Assembly: GCA_000934665.2 (NCBI GenBank) | Contig: JYFJ02003676.1 | Span: forward strand, 1 to 39,072 | Length of the DNA stretch: 39,072 bases | Direction: 5' to 3' | Source: Catajapyx aquilonaris | Taxonomy: Eukaryota | Part shown: one piece after another, positions 1-11,786 of the stretch | Position numbering within the stretch: position 1 is the stretch's first letter | Layout of the letters: the number at the start of each line of letters is the position of its first letter | Position numbers and translations under genes: made by a program | The notes under the pieces: generated by a model | The model's database searches: none | What the model saw: only the letters and a program-made list of their open reading frames with translations | What the model was told of the DNA's origin: nothing

Positions 1-280
1 TGGCCTATTTCCAGGTCTGGCAACCACGGTAAGTTTCGGATTTTGTTTTTGCTGGCATTAGGTGTTACCTGGGTCTAGTCTGAAGCCACTATGGTGTTTA
101 AAGTCAATCTTTTATAGAAACTGTGGTTTTCCAGGGTCCTTTTCATGGAAAAAATTCCGTTTTTTGGTACTTTTTCGTCAATTTTTGGGGCACAGTGTAT
201 GGACTATTTTTTAAAAAAAGTGTAGTGTAATGGGCTCTTTAGAGACCCTACAATCAAGGAATAATAGTAGAACTTTCCTA

Positions 281-713
281 TGCAACCCTAGTACACGTGT
301 GCTAAAGCCTAATCTCGGGTAAGATCGCGTTTTTTTCGCATTTTTGGTGATTTGACTTTTTTCAACATTTAAAACCAAATATTCCTCGGCTTTAAAATAT
401 ATGAATTCTTCTTAGTGTAACAAACTGTCAGGGACCCCCATAGTATGGAAAAAGACTACGATTTCCATAAGCAACCCATGTACGCGTGTATTTTTTTTTG
501 TACGCGTACGCGTACATGGGTTGCTTATGGAAATCGTAGTCTTTTTCCATACTATGGGGGTCCCTGACAGTTTGTTAGACTAAAAAGAATTCATTTATTT
601 TAAAGCCGAGGAATATTTGGTTTTAAATGTTGAAAAAAGTCAAATCACCAAAAATGCGAAAAAACGCGATTTCACCCAAGATTAGGCTTTAGCACATGCG
701 TACTTGGGTTACA
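281..713. repeat. Long inverted repeat (foldback), arms of about 207 bp
   Basis: 281-487 is the reverse complement of 508-713 with about 10 mismatches and one indel by eye; 20-nt spacer at 488-507. Confidence 0.92.
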
Positions 714-2214
714 CTTAATCACCAGTACTTAAAATTACCGTGTCTCTATGCAATTTCAGAAAACCTCTCACAAGGGGGATGATCATCTAATGTCCTAATC
801 CACTCTTCCATACATTCAATGCTTAACTTGTTCTTTGAAGTTATGTTCAGATAAGTCATGTTGCAAGCCTCTTTCACTGTCTTGTTTATGCATTTATCAA
901 TTACAGCCAAAATCCTAACCGTGATAAGATCAATGTAAATTGGAGCAAACACTTAAAGTAATAAATTAATATATTACTGCATACACTTTGGAAACTTGAA
1001 AACATAGTATTCCCTTGGCTCAATTCTCACTTCAGCAAAATGGTTAATAAAATCTCTTTACCAGTGACAAGGCTTCATACAATCTCGAGATCCTAAGATT
1101 TCCTGTTCTCACTAACCTATTCTGATGATGGGGGAAGGGTATCTGTTGAGTAACAGGTACTGCAGACAGTTATCACTTCCCACCACTCTTATTTGTATTG
1201 CCTTCTTCACCCACCACCACCTTATCTGAATGAAACCCACTACAAACAACCCAGTTACATGACATCTAAGAGTGATAAGGAGCTTAGTGAGACATGGAGT
1301 TGTCACGTGCCATACATTTGACATAAGGAAAATCTCAGAAATGACCATGTGTAAGACATGACATCTCTGTCTGGCCAAGTCTTTACTGTCTAATTTATTG
1401 TACTGGATTGTCTGGAGTGGGTCGCGTTTAGATGAGGTAGTGGGTGGGATCTGCCTTGTACTAGAAGACAGAGATTATACGGACTTGTACACATTTCTTC
1501 TGGTACCTTGTTGACGTCCTACCCACACCATATTTAAACATCTTTTACAGTTTGCTGGATCCCTAGTGTGTTCCTGCATTGGGTGGTGCATTACCAGGTC
1601 CCCAGTTCAAGGGAGGAAAAAGTTATGGATTGTGAAACCCAGCAACCAGTTTAAAATTTAAATATAAAGGATGTACTACCCTTTCCAGATTAGACAGGCC
1701 AATGGTAATGCAAGATTTATAAATCTGTGATGCCCTGGCATCAACACTTTCAGGTCTATGGTACACCTTTGGAGTGGTCAATATTATATCACCTACACAT
1801 AACACATGTAAACACGCACAAAGATGACGTTGCAGAACTTTTCAAACACTGTTGCAACTGGCTCGATGTGCATCTACAGTAATTTAGATGTACTTTGGGA
1901 AATAGTCCTCACATATCTGTACTAGATGGGCACAAGATGGATATGGAGAAATGCTGAGAATTTTTCCAGTGGCAAACTAAACCAGTGGCCATCACAGAGT
2001 CAAGATTCCATGTAGTCAGCACTTCAAGCTGAGGATGGGATGCATCAGAAAACAAGAATGTGCTCTTACGATTTCAGCCCATGTTACATACCTGCCAAAT
2101 TAACATGAGGAAACAATTTCCTCTCAAATTCCTACGTTTGCGCCGGGCTTAAAACAAATTGCTAGGTTAACAAGCAGTAACATCTGCTTTTGAACTAGGG
2201 ACTTGAGCAATGTA

Positions 2215-2376
2215 CAGTGCTGGCCAATAATCGAGGCAACCACCAGTGACATTTTTCCGAAGCGGCAGAAGAAGGAATCTGGCTCGCCCGGCGTGTAGCA
2301 TGCTTATCTTCGATTCCTTCTTCTGCCGCTTCGGAAAAATGTCGCTGGCTGTTGCCTCGATTATTGGCCAGCACTG
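2215..2376. mobile_element. Tc1/mariner-type MITE (162 bp, 65-bp TIRs, TA target duplication)
   Basis: TA (2213-2214), CAGTGCTGGCCAATAATCGAGGCAAC..., TIRs at 2215-2279 and 2312-2376 with 3 mismatches, then TA (2377-2378). Confidence 0.92.
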
Positions 2377-2452
2377 TACCATCCTGCATAAATTTGCCAC
2401 TGGGCAAGAGGTTTTACCCTTCACTTTGCTCCAGTGAAAATCAGGCCTTTAC

Positions 2453-2880
2453 CTCATTCTGCTGCTCCTGCGATGCAGTAGCTCTTGCTCTATTCCTGAC
2501 AGCAATGGCCCTGGCCAGTTGTATAAAGGAGGAGAACTGCTGTGAAGGATCCTGGTGCACAGCAAATAGCACATTGCTCCTCCTTCCCCTTGCTCCCCCA
2601 CCACCACTTCCACCTTCACGGCCCCCTCCACCCACCTCTCCATCTTCCCCACCCTGCCTTCCCCCGCCACCACTTGAGGCACCAGCCCCATCCTCATTGT
2701 CAGAGCCCTCCTCCAGTATGGGAATGACAATTCCCTGCTTGGCAGGCTTCTTGGGTCGACGCGGCCTTCTCCTGAGCTGGTCAGCCTTCACATCTGGGTG
2801 TTCGGTCTCAATGCACTTCCTCAGCAGGGCACGAATAGTGTAGCGGCACACCTCCTGCATGGTCAGTGGGGATGCCTCTG
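2453..2880 (-). CDS. PCMTD1: PCMTD1/2-family protein, fourth coding exon (428 nt; BC-box, basic patch, acidic/Gly-rich linker)
   Basis: Acceptor CTGTAG| ends at 2881. In frame it gives PEASPLTMQEVCRYTIRALLRK (BC-box-like, cf. PCMTD1 VRNLQDLARIYIRRTLR), then RRRPRRPKK and EEGSDNED. Candidate phase-0 donor GAG|GTAAAG at 2452; without splicing the frame stops at TGA 2443-2441. The 3' end is uncertain. Confidence 0.85.
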
Positions 2881-3317
2881 CTACAGTAGAGTCAGCCAAT
2901 AAAGGAAACAAAAGATGAGTTGAAGTTCAAATAGTGCATGGAATAATGGGTAGAAGAAAGGCCTGATTTTTCAGGTGGCGAGCATTCCCGCCCCTTGTAG
3001 AAGTGACATAAAACCACTATACAGAAGGGTCTCAGTGATGTCATCATTGGACCTCGAGTCAAAATATCAGAAGTTAACATTTACCCCTCCAAATGTACAA
3101 AAAAAAACATCAAATAAAAACTATGCAGGTCAGGAACTGCACAAATTTTATGCTACTACCTAGTAATAAAGTCAAAATTAGCCTGGGAAAGTTTCCAAGG
3201 CATGACAAATTTCATGGACCATTATTTCCAGAGGATGAACCAACTTACAACCCAGAGTACAGTACACCCAAACAGCAAGTTTTACTGTTGCAAATATTAA
3301 AACCTGAATAAACTTAC

Positions 3318-3611
3318 GCAGCTTGACATGTTGCTCGGCGGCTGCCATTTGGGGACTGTACTCCCCTCCTCCTCCTCCTGCTACCTTGGGCATAATGAGG
3401 GAGGCAAATGACACTGGCAACACAGTCTTGACCTCCCAAGAAGCTTCTGAACAGCGTGTGACCTGCAGGAGTTGGTCGTTGAGAGGCATTACTAGCACCC
3501 CTCCAATCTTGAGTAATTCCTTCATGTACTGTTCAAACTGCTCAGGACATGCTGCTCCACAGTACACCCTGTCATACTTGCGAGCATTTGGGTGGAGGCA
3601 TAAGCAATTAC
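3318..3611 (-). CDS. PCMTD1: PCMTD1/2-family protein, third coding exon (294 nt)
   Basis: Follows a 65-nt intron (3676-3612, ending TTCGCAG). Translates GNCLCLHPNARKYDRVYCGAACPEQFEQYMKELLKIGGVLVMPLNDQL...VLPVSFASLIMP, matching PCMTD1 GNCL...YDRIYCGA...YMKILLKVGGILVMP...VSFAPL. Donor |GTAAGT at 3317. Confidence 0.95.
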
Positions 3612-3676
3612 CTGCGAACATGCAAAATTCCCGGCATTACACAAAGGACATCACATGTTGAATGGCAAAAACTTAC

Positions 3677-3811
3677 CGACCACAAATTGTGGCTCGCAAA
3701 ATTCATACTCATCCACAGCAGGACTCTGTTGCTTGAACTCCTCCAATTTCTGGTATGCATACTGGACAACATCTTCATGGAATTCAATCCCATGATTCAG
3801 TCCATTTGGGC
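3677..3811 (-). CDS. PCMTD1: PCMTD1/2-family protein, second coding exon (135 nt)
   Basis: Acceptor TTTTTGCAG| ends at 3812 and donor |GTAAGT starts at 3676. Translates (G)PNGLNHGIEFHEDVVQYAYQKLEEFKQQSPAVDEYEFCEPQFVV(G), matching PCMTD1 GPFGINHGIELHSDVVEYA...FEFCEPAFVVG. Phase 1 to phase 1. Not present in the ORF track in this frame. Confidence 0.95.
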
Positions 3812-5024
3812 CTGCAAAAATTTAGGGTCAAATAAACAACATCTTATGCACACTACATAAGTGTTTCAACTTTATCGGTCTCAGCAAAAGACATAAAAGT
3901 CATGTTGATCGTATGTTAACCAGCCATTGCATGAGTGATATTTACATTGTCAATAAAAATAATTTCTGTTAAGTGATAATACTGAAATGAGTGTCTGCCT
4001 GTAAGACACCTTATTTTAGTTTTTGTTTACTGTGAATATGCTGACATGTCTAAAATACACAGGATTTGATGCTGCTTTCTAAAATGTGAGCTGTAATTAT
4101 TAAAATTATTGTTCAACCTTGTACGCCGTACATACTCATACAACCGCATATTAAGAGACATTGGCAAAACAGTAACCTCAATGTAATCAGGGTATGAACT
4201 TCTTATATTAATACCATATTGTCCTACAATGAGGCTAAAAATAAATGTCACCTTCTTGAGAACTTTCTTTTACAACCTTGATGTCCAGCCAGTGGAACCT
4301 CTCCATTACTGTTTAGGACCATGTCGTCATAACTTGTGGGAGTGGTGACCTGACACTAAACCTTTTTAAAGCCATCAGATTAATGCATGGTCATTTCTAG
4401 CAGCAGATGTCAACTTAGTAAGGGCAGAAAACTCAGGATGATTCATTTTTCTGTCTGCGTCAAAATGTCATCAAGATATGTAGACATGACATCATGATAA
4501 GAAATAAATTTGAAATGTCCCCCATGACAATCCATTTCAAGACAAGTGATAAAGACATCTGGAATTGTAGGACTGCATCACAAAGTCTGCTTTAAAACTA
4601 TGCTACTTCTCATCAAGCCTCTTCCAAAGCCTCACATTATACTTGACTATGCAGTTGGCAATTGTATGTTGCGCAGTGCACTAAACCTAACAGTCAGTGA
4701 TCAAGTGCAAAGGCCAATCCTTTCAACACACAAAATTTTATCAAGGTCTGCCTCTGCCAGGAAGTCGAGAGAATGGCAGGAAGCAAGCAGTGGCAAAAAC
4801 ATCCCATGACATTTCATAAGCGTAAACACATGTGGCTCAAGATATGCAAAACATTTTAACATCAAGTTCCTTTGTGTCATTTAATGTAACTGTTAAACTC
4901 TCAGTTAAACTGGCTCGTAGGCTGTCATTGTAATGAGCTCATGAACGATCCACTTCTACTCAATTGAAGTGCAGGTTTTGTCCTTGTGTTATGAACAAGG
5001 GTCATATCATCATGCACGACCTTA

Positions 5025-5463
<439 letters not shown>

Positions 5464-6456
5464 CTGTAAAGTGACATCACAATGTACCACATGCAATTCC
5501 CCAGTTTAGTTTGTGGTTGATTGGGAAAGACACCAAAGCAACCGATTATTGAACGATATAAATACTGAACAGATGGAGATAAACTAAGAGAAAAAAATGA
5601 CTGGTTTCATCAAGCATGGGCATTATTTGGAAATTAGTTGTCCCGATTACATTAAGTAGAACACCATTCCCTGGCAGTTACACGAATGTCTCGTGACATA
5701 TGGTAAGCCTGTGTGGCAGCGTAACTCATTGTGATCTCATTACATACGCAGCAACAACCCTCAAGTACTGTACCTCCGTGCTGCGACTGGCGGTATCCAG
5801 AAGGTTCCTCGACTCAACCGATCCAAGCGAAACAGTGCAGAATGTGAGCAACCCCTCTCCGCAATCAACCGTTATCACCTCCCAACGCCAAGAAGGGCGC
5901 AGTGTTTTTCCAATGTTTATATCAGCCAGCTTGCAATCAGCCAGGAGAGATACTCTGGGTGCTGACCTTCTGGCATGCTCCCGTTCAGAAATACAACATG
6001 AACCGATCACGAGATCAACCACCGACTGCCACCCCATAAACTGACCCTGTTCTACACTCGGTCTGAGTTCACAAACCCTGTTTGGTTCCTTCCAAATATA
6101 AGCATTCTATTTCTGGAAATGCAGCCTTTACAATATTCCCACCCTGAAGAGGTGACATCCATATGTAAAAACAAGGGGAGCAACGACCTGTGGTGCATGT
6201 ACTGCACATACGCACTTAAATGGAACGCCCTTGTGTACACCACAAATGATTAACTTGCATTACAAGTGTGTGTGGAAACCCGACCAACCTTGAGCCAAAT
6301 CCTGGCCCCACCCCACCACACAGGGTCAGTCCTAAGTCTGGTTGTGGAGGGGGCACGTCCCAAGCAGATGCTCGGACGCACTGCTGGCCGGGGAAGGACA
6401 CTACGGATAATTAGAAAACGAAAACAGAAAAAACAAACACAAAAGGGGGAAGGAGC

Positions 6457-6521
6457 AGAAAGGCCCTTCAGCTGAGGTGTAGCCAGCGTTGCCAATTCGA
6501 CACTACATCGATACATCGATA
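6457..6521 (-). promoter_or_regulatory. Candidate housekeeping-type core promoter of the PCMTD gene
   Basis: Two tandem ATCGATA motifs (6507-6513, 6515-6521; 7/8 match to the DRE TATCGATA), minus-strand TGGCAACGCTGG (6494-6483; core of Ohler motif 8, YGGCARCGSYSS), E-box CAGCTG (6469-6474) and TCT-like CCTTTCT (6463-6457), all about 1.1 kb upstream of the ATG. Confidence 0.55.
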
Positions 6522-9500
6522 CTCTCGCATTTTTTTTGAGATTATTAAAATCGGGCGGATTTGAACACCATTTCTTAAAATTTGAGTATGGGTTTATGCG
6601 GGATTGGGTTATTATTATTTTTAATGTTCGGGGAATGAAGTGTAGGGGAGGGCCGTTAGATGGATGTAGTTGGTGGATGCATGGTGGTGACCCTGTGCGG
6701 ATCAATCGGGTACTTGGTTTAAAATGGGATTGTCAAGTTTGCTTCAATCTCAGGCGGTGTTTATTTACAACTGATTAAATCAGGGTTTTCTGAGATGTTG
6801 GGGGAAAAAACGAGCGAGTGACAAACACAAAACCTGTTTAGTAAGATGCGATTTGTTGTCGTACTGCTGACTACTTGCTATCAAATATGTGCGTCAAAAC
6901 TTTCCTAAAGTTTTCATATCAGCAGCAACTATCATCACAGTTTTGTGCTGACAGTTATTTCACAGGTAGCCTATTTGTTGCATAGCGTCAGGTTACTGCA
7001 GGTCAAAACTTTCGCTATTGACAGAGAGTACAGAGGGAGCTTAAAAGGCGTGTCCTATAGGTTTGCTTTCCGCAATGTTTGCTGTATCACGTAAAGTACG
7101 TTAGCTCTTAACGGTCTATTAACAGTTGGGAAATAAATATGAATTTGGCATTTTAGTAGAGTGTAACTAGTCCATAGCGAAATCAAAACTGTTCCTTCTC
7201 TATACAGGCAATCTCACGATCTCATTGTCAGTAATCTCATTGGAGTCATGTATCAGCGAGTCCATACAATGCATTTTTCCATAGTAAAATAATGATAACT
7301 GATGCAGGACAATAGTAGCTTATAGGTCAATATGTCTGCCATTGCGCATCAGTTCCATTTAATCCTCATTCCTATTACTTCATCTCATGCAGTGCTTACA
7401 TAACTTGGTGGAAATGCGCTCCAACTAAAATTTTGGTAAAAAATATTTAAAAACTCCAAAAACTTGCGACTTCCGATTAGCACTCCTGCGCCAACACCTT
7501 TTCCCACTTTGATACAAAACTAATCAATGACGAGTGTTGCTCAACATTGATTACCCCCCAAAAATGAGTCAACCCTCATCACTTGTGTCATACTCTCATG
7601 TAAAATCAACGCGCCATTTTTACCTTAAAAGCGTAAAAGAATCTGAAGAAAGTATGGGTAAGAAAGTAAGGGGGCAAAAGTGAGAGAGTTGGGAGGGCAT
7701 GGGGGTGGAAAGGGGGCGACTGAGTTTTATTGATTGGGCGCGTTTTCGCATTGCATGTCGGGAGGCTGGGGAGAGAGGAAGGGGTGGGGGAAGGTAAAGA
7801 ATGGAGGGGGTTAGGGTGGGGGTGGGTGGCAAAGTTGGATTTTAGGGAGGGTTTGGGAGCATGGTAAAAGGGCGGCCATGTTGGATCATGCTCAGCTCCA
7901 TCCGGAAAACTTTTGGAGACTAGGTCCGAGGACGAACGGCCACTTGGACACGGATCGACTTAGCCAGGCATGGCCAAAAGACATACAGGTAAGCACCCTT
8001 TTTTTTGAAAATTTGTCTTGGCAACAAAAAAAAAAAAAAACATATTCAGCCACCCGCCTCCCCTCCTGCCTACTTGTCTCCCGCAAGTTGGAAAAAGTTG
8101 GCGCAAAGTTGCTGCATGGCCCTCTAGTGTCTCGAATAATGCTGGACATGCTTAAAAGTGTGCGGGAAAAGTACGTTTGTTATGTAAAAGTGAGGTCAAG
8201 GTTATGCAACTTGTTTGGAATTTAAAAAAAGTAAAGTTAGAACCGGTTGCAAATAAATTTAAAAAAATCAATTAAATATGGATCCAACTGATATGTCAGA
8301 TGATATATTTTCTACCAAACATATGTACGGAACACTTGCACTGTCCCGGCAGAAAGTGCGTTCCCGACACACTAGATCACACGGCACATGTGCTACTGCC
8401 CCCCCTCCCTCAACCCGCACCCCCTCCTCCCTCTGTCGGTGGCCACCCACCCACCCACACCCACTCACACATGCGGCAGGCAGCATGTGGGTAGGATGGG
8501 TCTGGTCTTAGGTCCCGGCTGGACCAGATCCGGCCAAGGCCAACTGTTGATCAATTCTGAAGAAATGGGTGGGTACGGAATATATTAGATTATGCGGATA
8601 GTTTTGTCTGAATGGTGGTTGGATGTTGGACGTTTTCATTTGGGATTTGACTTATGAATTTTGATATGTATGACACAGTAGGCCTACAGTAATTAATTGT
8701 CTGAAAGTTGAAGAACGTGTCCTTACTACTCATCCTGTAAGTTAGTTGACACGTGCGCCACTCTTTGTGCGCATGTTGCATATGTGACAGGCGCATCTTA
8801 CACAGCATGTTCCCACCAGTAAAGGAGAAGCACTCATACTGTGGGAATGTGAAATAAATCAATGGACTGTGGCACAGATTTCATGGGAAAGAGGGACAAA
8901 ATGTTAGTCATGACGTAGGCTATTACTGCCGCTTGAAAAAAAAACCGACTTTACAGTAGAATGGGATATGACTGCAGTGATTTTCCGATTGGTCTGTCGC
9001 TTGTATTCTCTTTCTCTACAGTAGTTTTCCGTATGAATAAGTAGAAAAATGAAGACTTAGGGATTCAACCAAATCAACCGCGATAATTCTATCATATCCA
9101 TGATATTCTACTTCACAATCACATGATTGTATATTCGGACATTATAGGTTGGGCTCTGCATGCATTTATTTTTGAAATGAGGCAACACTGAGATCGATAA
9201 AATAAAATAAAATAATTTAAAAATGAATAATGCGACTTAAGTACAATTTAAAATACAAGCTATTATTTAAAATTAAAACGTAATGTATATCTCTTCACGT
9301 GAAAAAAATGAGCCACTCAAAAAATAGCGCCAGTAATAAAAAGCCGCCTCTTTATGCAATCAAGCAATCATTCACTTCGAAAAAGCGACTCATTATTCTT
9401 GCAAATTTTGCCCCACTTTTACAAATCCTCCAGCCTCATAACAAAGCGCCCCTATTAGGAACTACATAAGAAATTAACATGCTCGTGTCAAGTCCAGTAG

Positions 9501-10418
9501 CGCAATTTTGTCCATGACACGGAAAATCATTCAAAATAAAAACCTTGCCCTTTTTATGTGAACAAAAAGGACGACCAGAATGTAAACAAACGTTTGCCAT
9601 AAATAAACGTTTGTCGCAAAAAAAATTAAGCTATTCATCCAGCCAGTCCCCTAGTAGAGAGCTGAAGCGTGATTTCCTGGATTGTATCAGATTATAGAGT
9701 GATTTCGGGAGGGTCCTCCGGTGGCTCTTTTCTCAGAGCCCAAGGAAAGAACGGAAGCACTCCAAAATCCAGCAGGACACGCGGATTCGGTCTTGGGGAC
9801 AAAATTAATAACCCATGGAGTTTTCTCCCTTCCCCCCTTCCCCCTCCCTCCTACCACAGCCATCCCTTCCTCCCCTTTTACCCTTTTCCTCCTTTTCCCC
9901 CATTGCCCCCCTTTCCATTCCTTCCTGCAGCATAGGCTGGAAACGCTGCACTTGAAAGCTTCAGCTGTCGCCTGGAGCACAAGCGCCAAACTTTTCCCCA
10001 AAACTCCCGGAACAGGACCCAACTACACTTCTGCGTCCTTTGGCGACGACTCGGGCAATTCCTCTCTCTCTCTCCCTCTCTTTCCCTCTCTCTCTCTCTG
10101 CATCCGGGAAAATTCATCCTTTCCAGCCAGATTACAAGACGTGGCCCGATTTCCACTTTTCCAACGACGCCCATTTACCATGACGTCAGCAGCGGCCCAA
10201 CAATCTCTCATGACTTGTTTACGTAAAATTTTGGCCACGTTTCTGTCCTGTTTTTTTAAGGGTGGATTCTAAGGCTATGCTTATATTTTATAGCTGGATG
10301 TGGGTTGTATGAACAAAAATTAAGAAGAAATTGTAGGGTTTGTATTGAAGATCTGAAACACGGTTTGAAAAGATTGCTGATAGTTCGTCGAGTAAATAAT
10401 AAATCCCCCTCAAAACCC

Positions 10419-10520
10419 GCCAAGTCTTCCGCCGAAAAAACCTGTGAGATAGTGTCTGGGAGCCAAGCCTTGTCCACTCCGCCGTACAAAGTCGTGAGAT
10501 CGTGGTGGACGCCAAGCCTT
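10419..10520. repeat. Degenerate tandem repeat, period about 43-50 bp
   Basis: GCCAAGYCTT at 10419, 10462 and 10511; TCCGCCG and GTGAGATMGTG each recur once per unit. Confidence 0.55.
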
Positions 10521-10610
10521 TCTTCGAGGCTATAAGCTAAGTGAGATGACTTGGCCGGACTTGGTTCACGGGCCACTGGGTTCACTAAAATAGCCTCATT
10601 TTTGTTAGCA

Positions 10611-10696
10611 CAGTGAAACTTGTCTATATGTTGGACACTAACGGTTACGAAAAAATGTCCAACATAGGGAGGTGTCCAACTTCACAGGTTTCACTG
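10611..10696. mobile_element. pogo/Tigger-like MITE (86 bp)
   Basis: Starts CAGTGAAACTTGT and ends ACAGGTTTCACTG followed by TA (left flank is CA). The subterminal GTTGGACA/TGTCCAAC motif occurs three times. Confidence 0.72.
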
Positions 10697-11768
10697 TATA
10701 TGCAATATTGGTGGACAATTCAAACATATGACATTTTGGCCAGAGCATTCTACAGTTTGTCGTATTATACTAGCAGTATGGGAAGCGGATGGAAAAACAT
10801 CCAGAGGTGGAAAAAAAAGTTTGGTGGGTGGTTGGGTGGACAGAGAGGCGCAGACACACAAAAAAAGTTGAGGGAGTAGAAGGGGGGTGTCATTCGAGTT
10901 GTTTGCTGACAGTGGAAGAGACTCTTCGGGCTGCATCACAGAAGAGGAGGGTGCGTCCTCTGAAATTTCAATCCTACTCAAATGCCCCTCCAATTTAATT
11001 ACAGAACAGAACCTGAGGTGTAGTACACAAGCTGGCCCCCCTGTTTTTTTTGTGCTGCCATACCTCTTCTTTTCTCTCGCTCCAAAAAACTCGTAATTAA
11101 GATTTCTTTTTACATGAAAAAAATGGAGGGGGAAAAAGGAATGTGGGCAAATATTGTTTCGAGGTTTCTTTTTTTCTGGCTCATTTCAGAAAATCGCCTG
11201 GGAAGAAATCTTATGTCGCTGGTTTGAGTTATTTTGGAAAGGGGGAAGGTGGGTGGTTGGGTGGTGTGGTCTGGGAGGCGGTTGATAGGCGGAGGGAAAA
11301 TTGGAAGGGTGGGGGGAGGATCTTTATCTCACACTCGCAGAGTCTTCCAGGGATTAGCATCCTTCAGGATTAATTAGGAGGTGCTGCCTTTTCCTTAACC
11401 CCATTTGGTGATGAGGAAATTTGCAGCCTTCAAAAGCAACCAGCTTCCTTTACTGCACACACGTACACACAGCTTCATTTCTAACGGATGTACAGGGTGT
11501 GCTTCGAAATTCGAATATGTTGTAATACATACTTTTTTTCATATTCAGGTTCGCGCAGGAGCGGAAGAGACTTTCCTCCGAATCCTCACCTGCTTTTGGA
11601 CACCGACAGAAAGGTAGGTCAGTCTCTCATGTACAAAAAAAAAATGTAATTTTTGCAGCCGGCTATCGACAGTCACCTGCAAATGCACACGTACCAAAAA
11701 ATGTTCGTACTTTTCAAGGAGCAAAATTAGAAAACTTTTGCGCAAAAAATTTCGAGCCCCGAATTCAC

Positions 11769-11786
11769 CTGCTGCTGCTGCTGCTG
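11769..11786. repeat. (CTG)6 microsatellite
   Basis: Directly visible. Confidence 0.9.

Noticed and set aside
746..2030. Final PCMTD exon in ORFs 746-952, 1112-1378, 1623-1805 or after an AG near 2030
   Set aside because: None of the frames I read encodes a Cul5-box (LPLP...L..YL) or resembles PCMTD.
2167..2437. ORFs spanning 2167-2437
   Set aside because: They are translations of the MITE palindrome.
6545..6575. tRNA/SINE B-box-like GTTCAAATCC on the minus strand
   Set aside because: No A-box or cloverleaf around it.
9723..9750. Histone 3' stem-loop-like GGCTCT-TTTCTC-AGAGCC followed by CAAGGAAAGA
   Set aside because: The loop is 6 nt rather than the required 4, the flanks are non-canonical, and there is no histone CDS upstream.
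10256..10585. Tc1/mariner transposase C-terminal remnant (…LEERLGVHHDLTTL…DKAW…)
   Set aside because: No SPDLNP or DDE motif; the region is explained by a degenerate tandem repeat.
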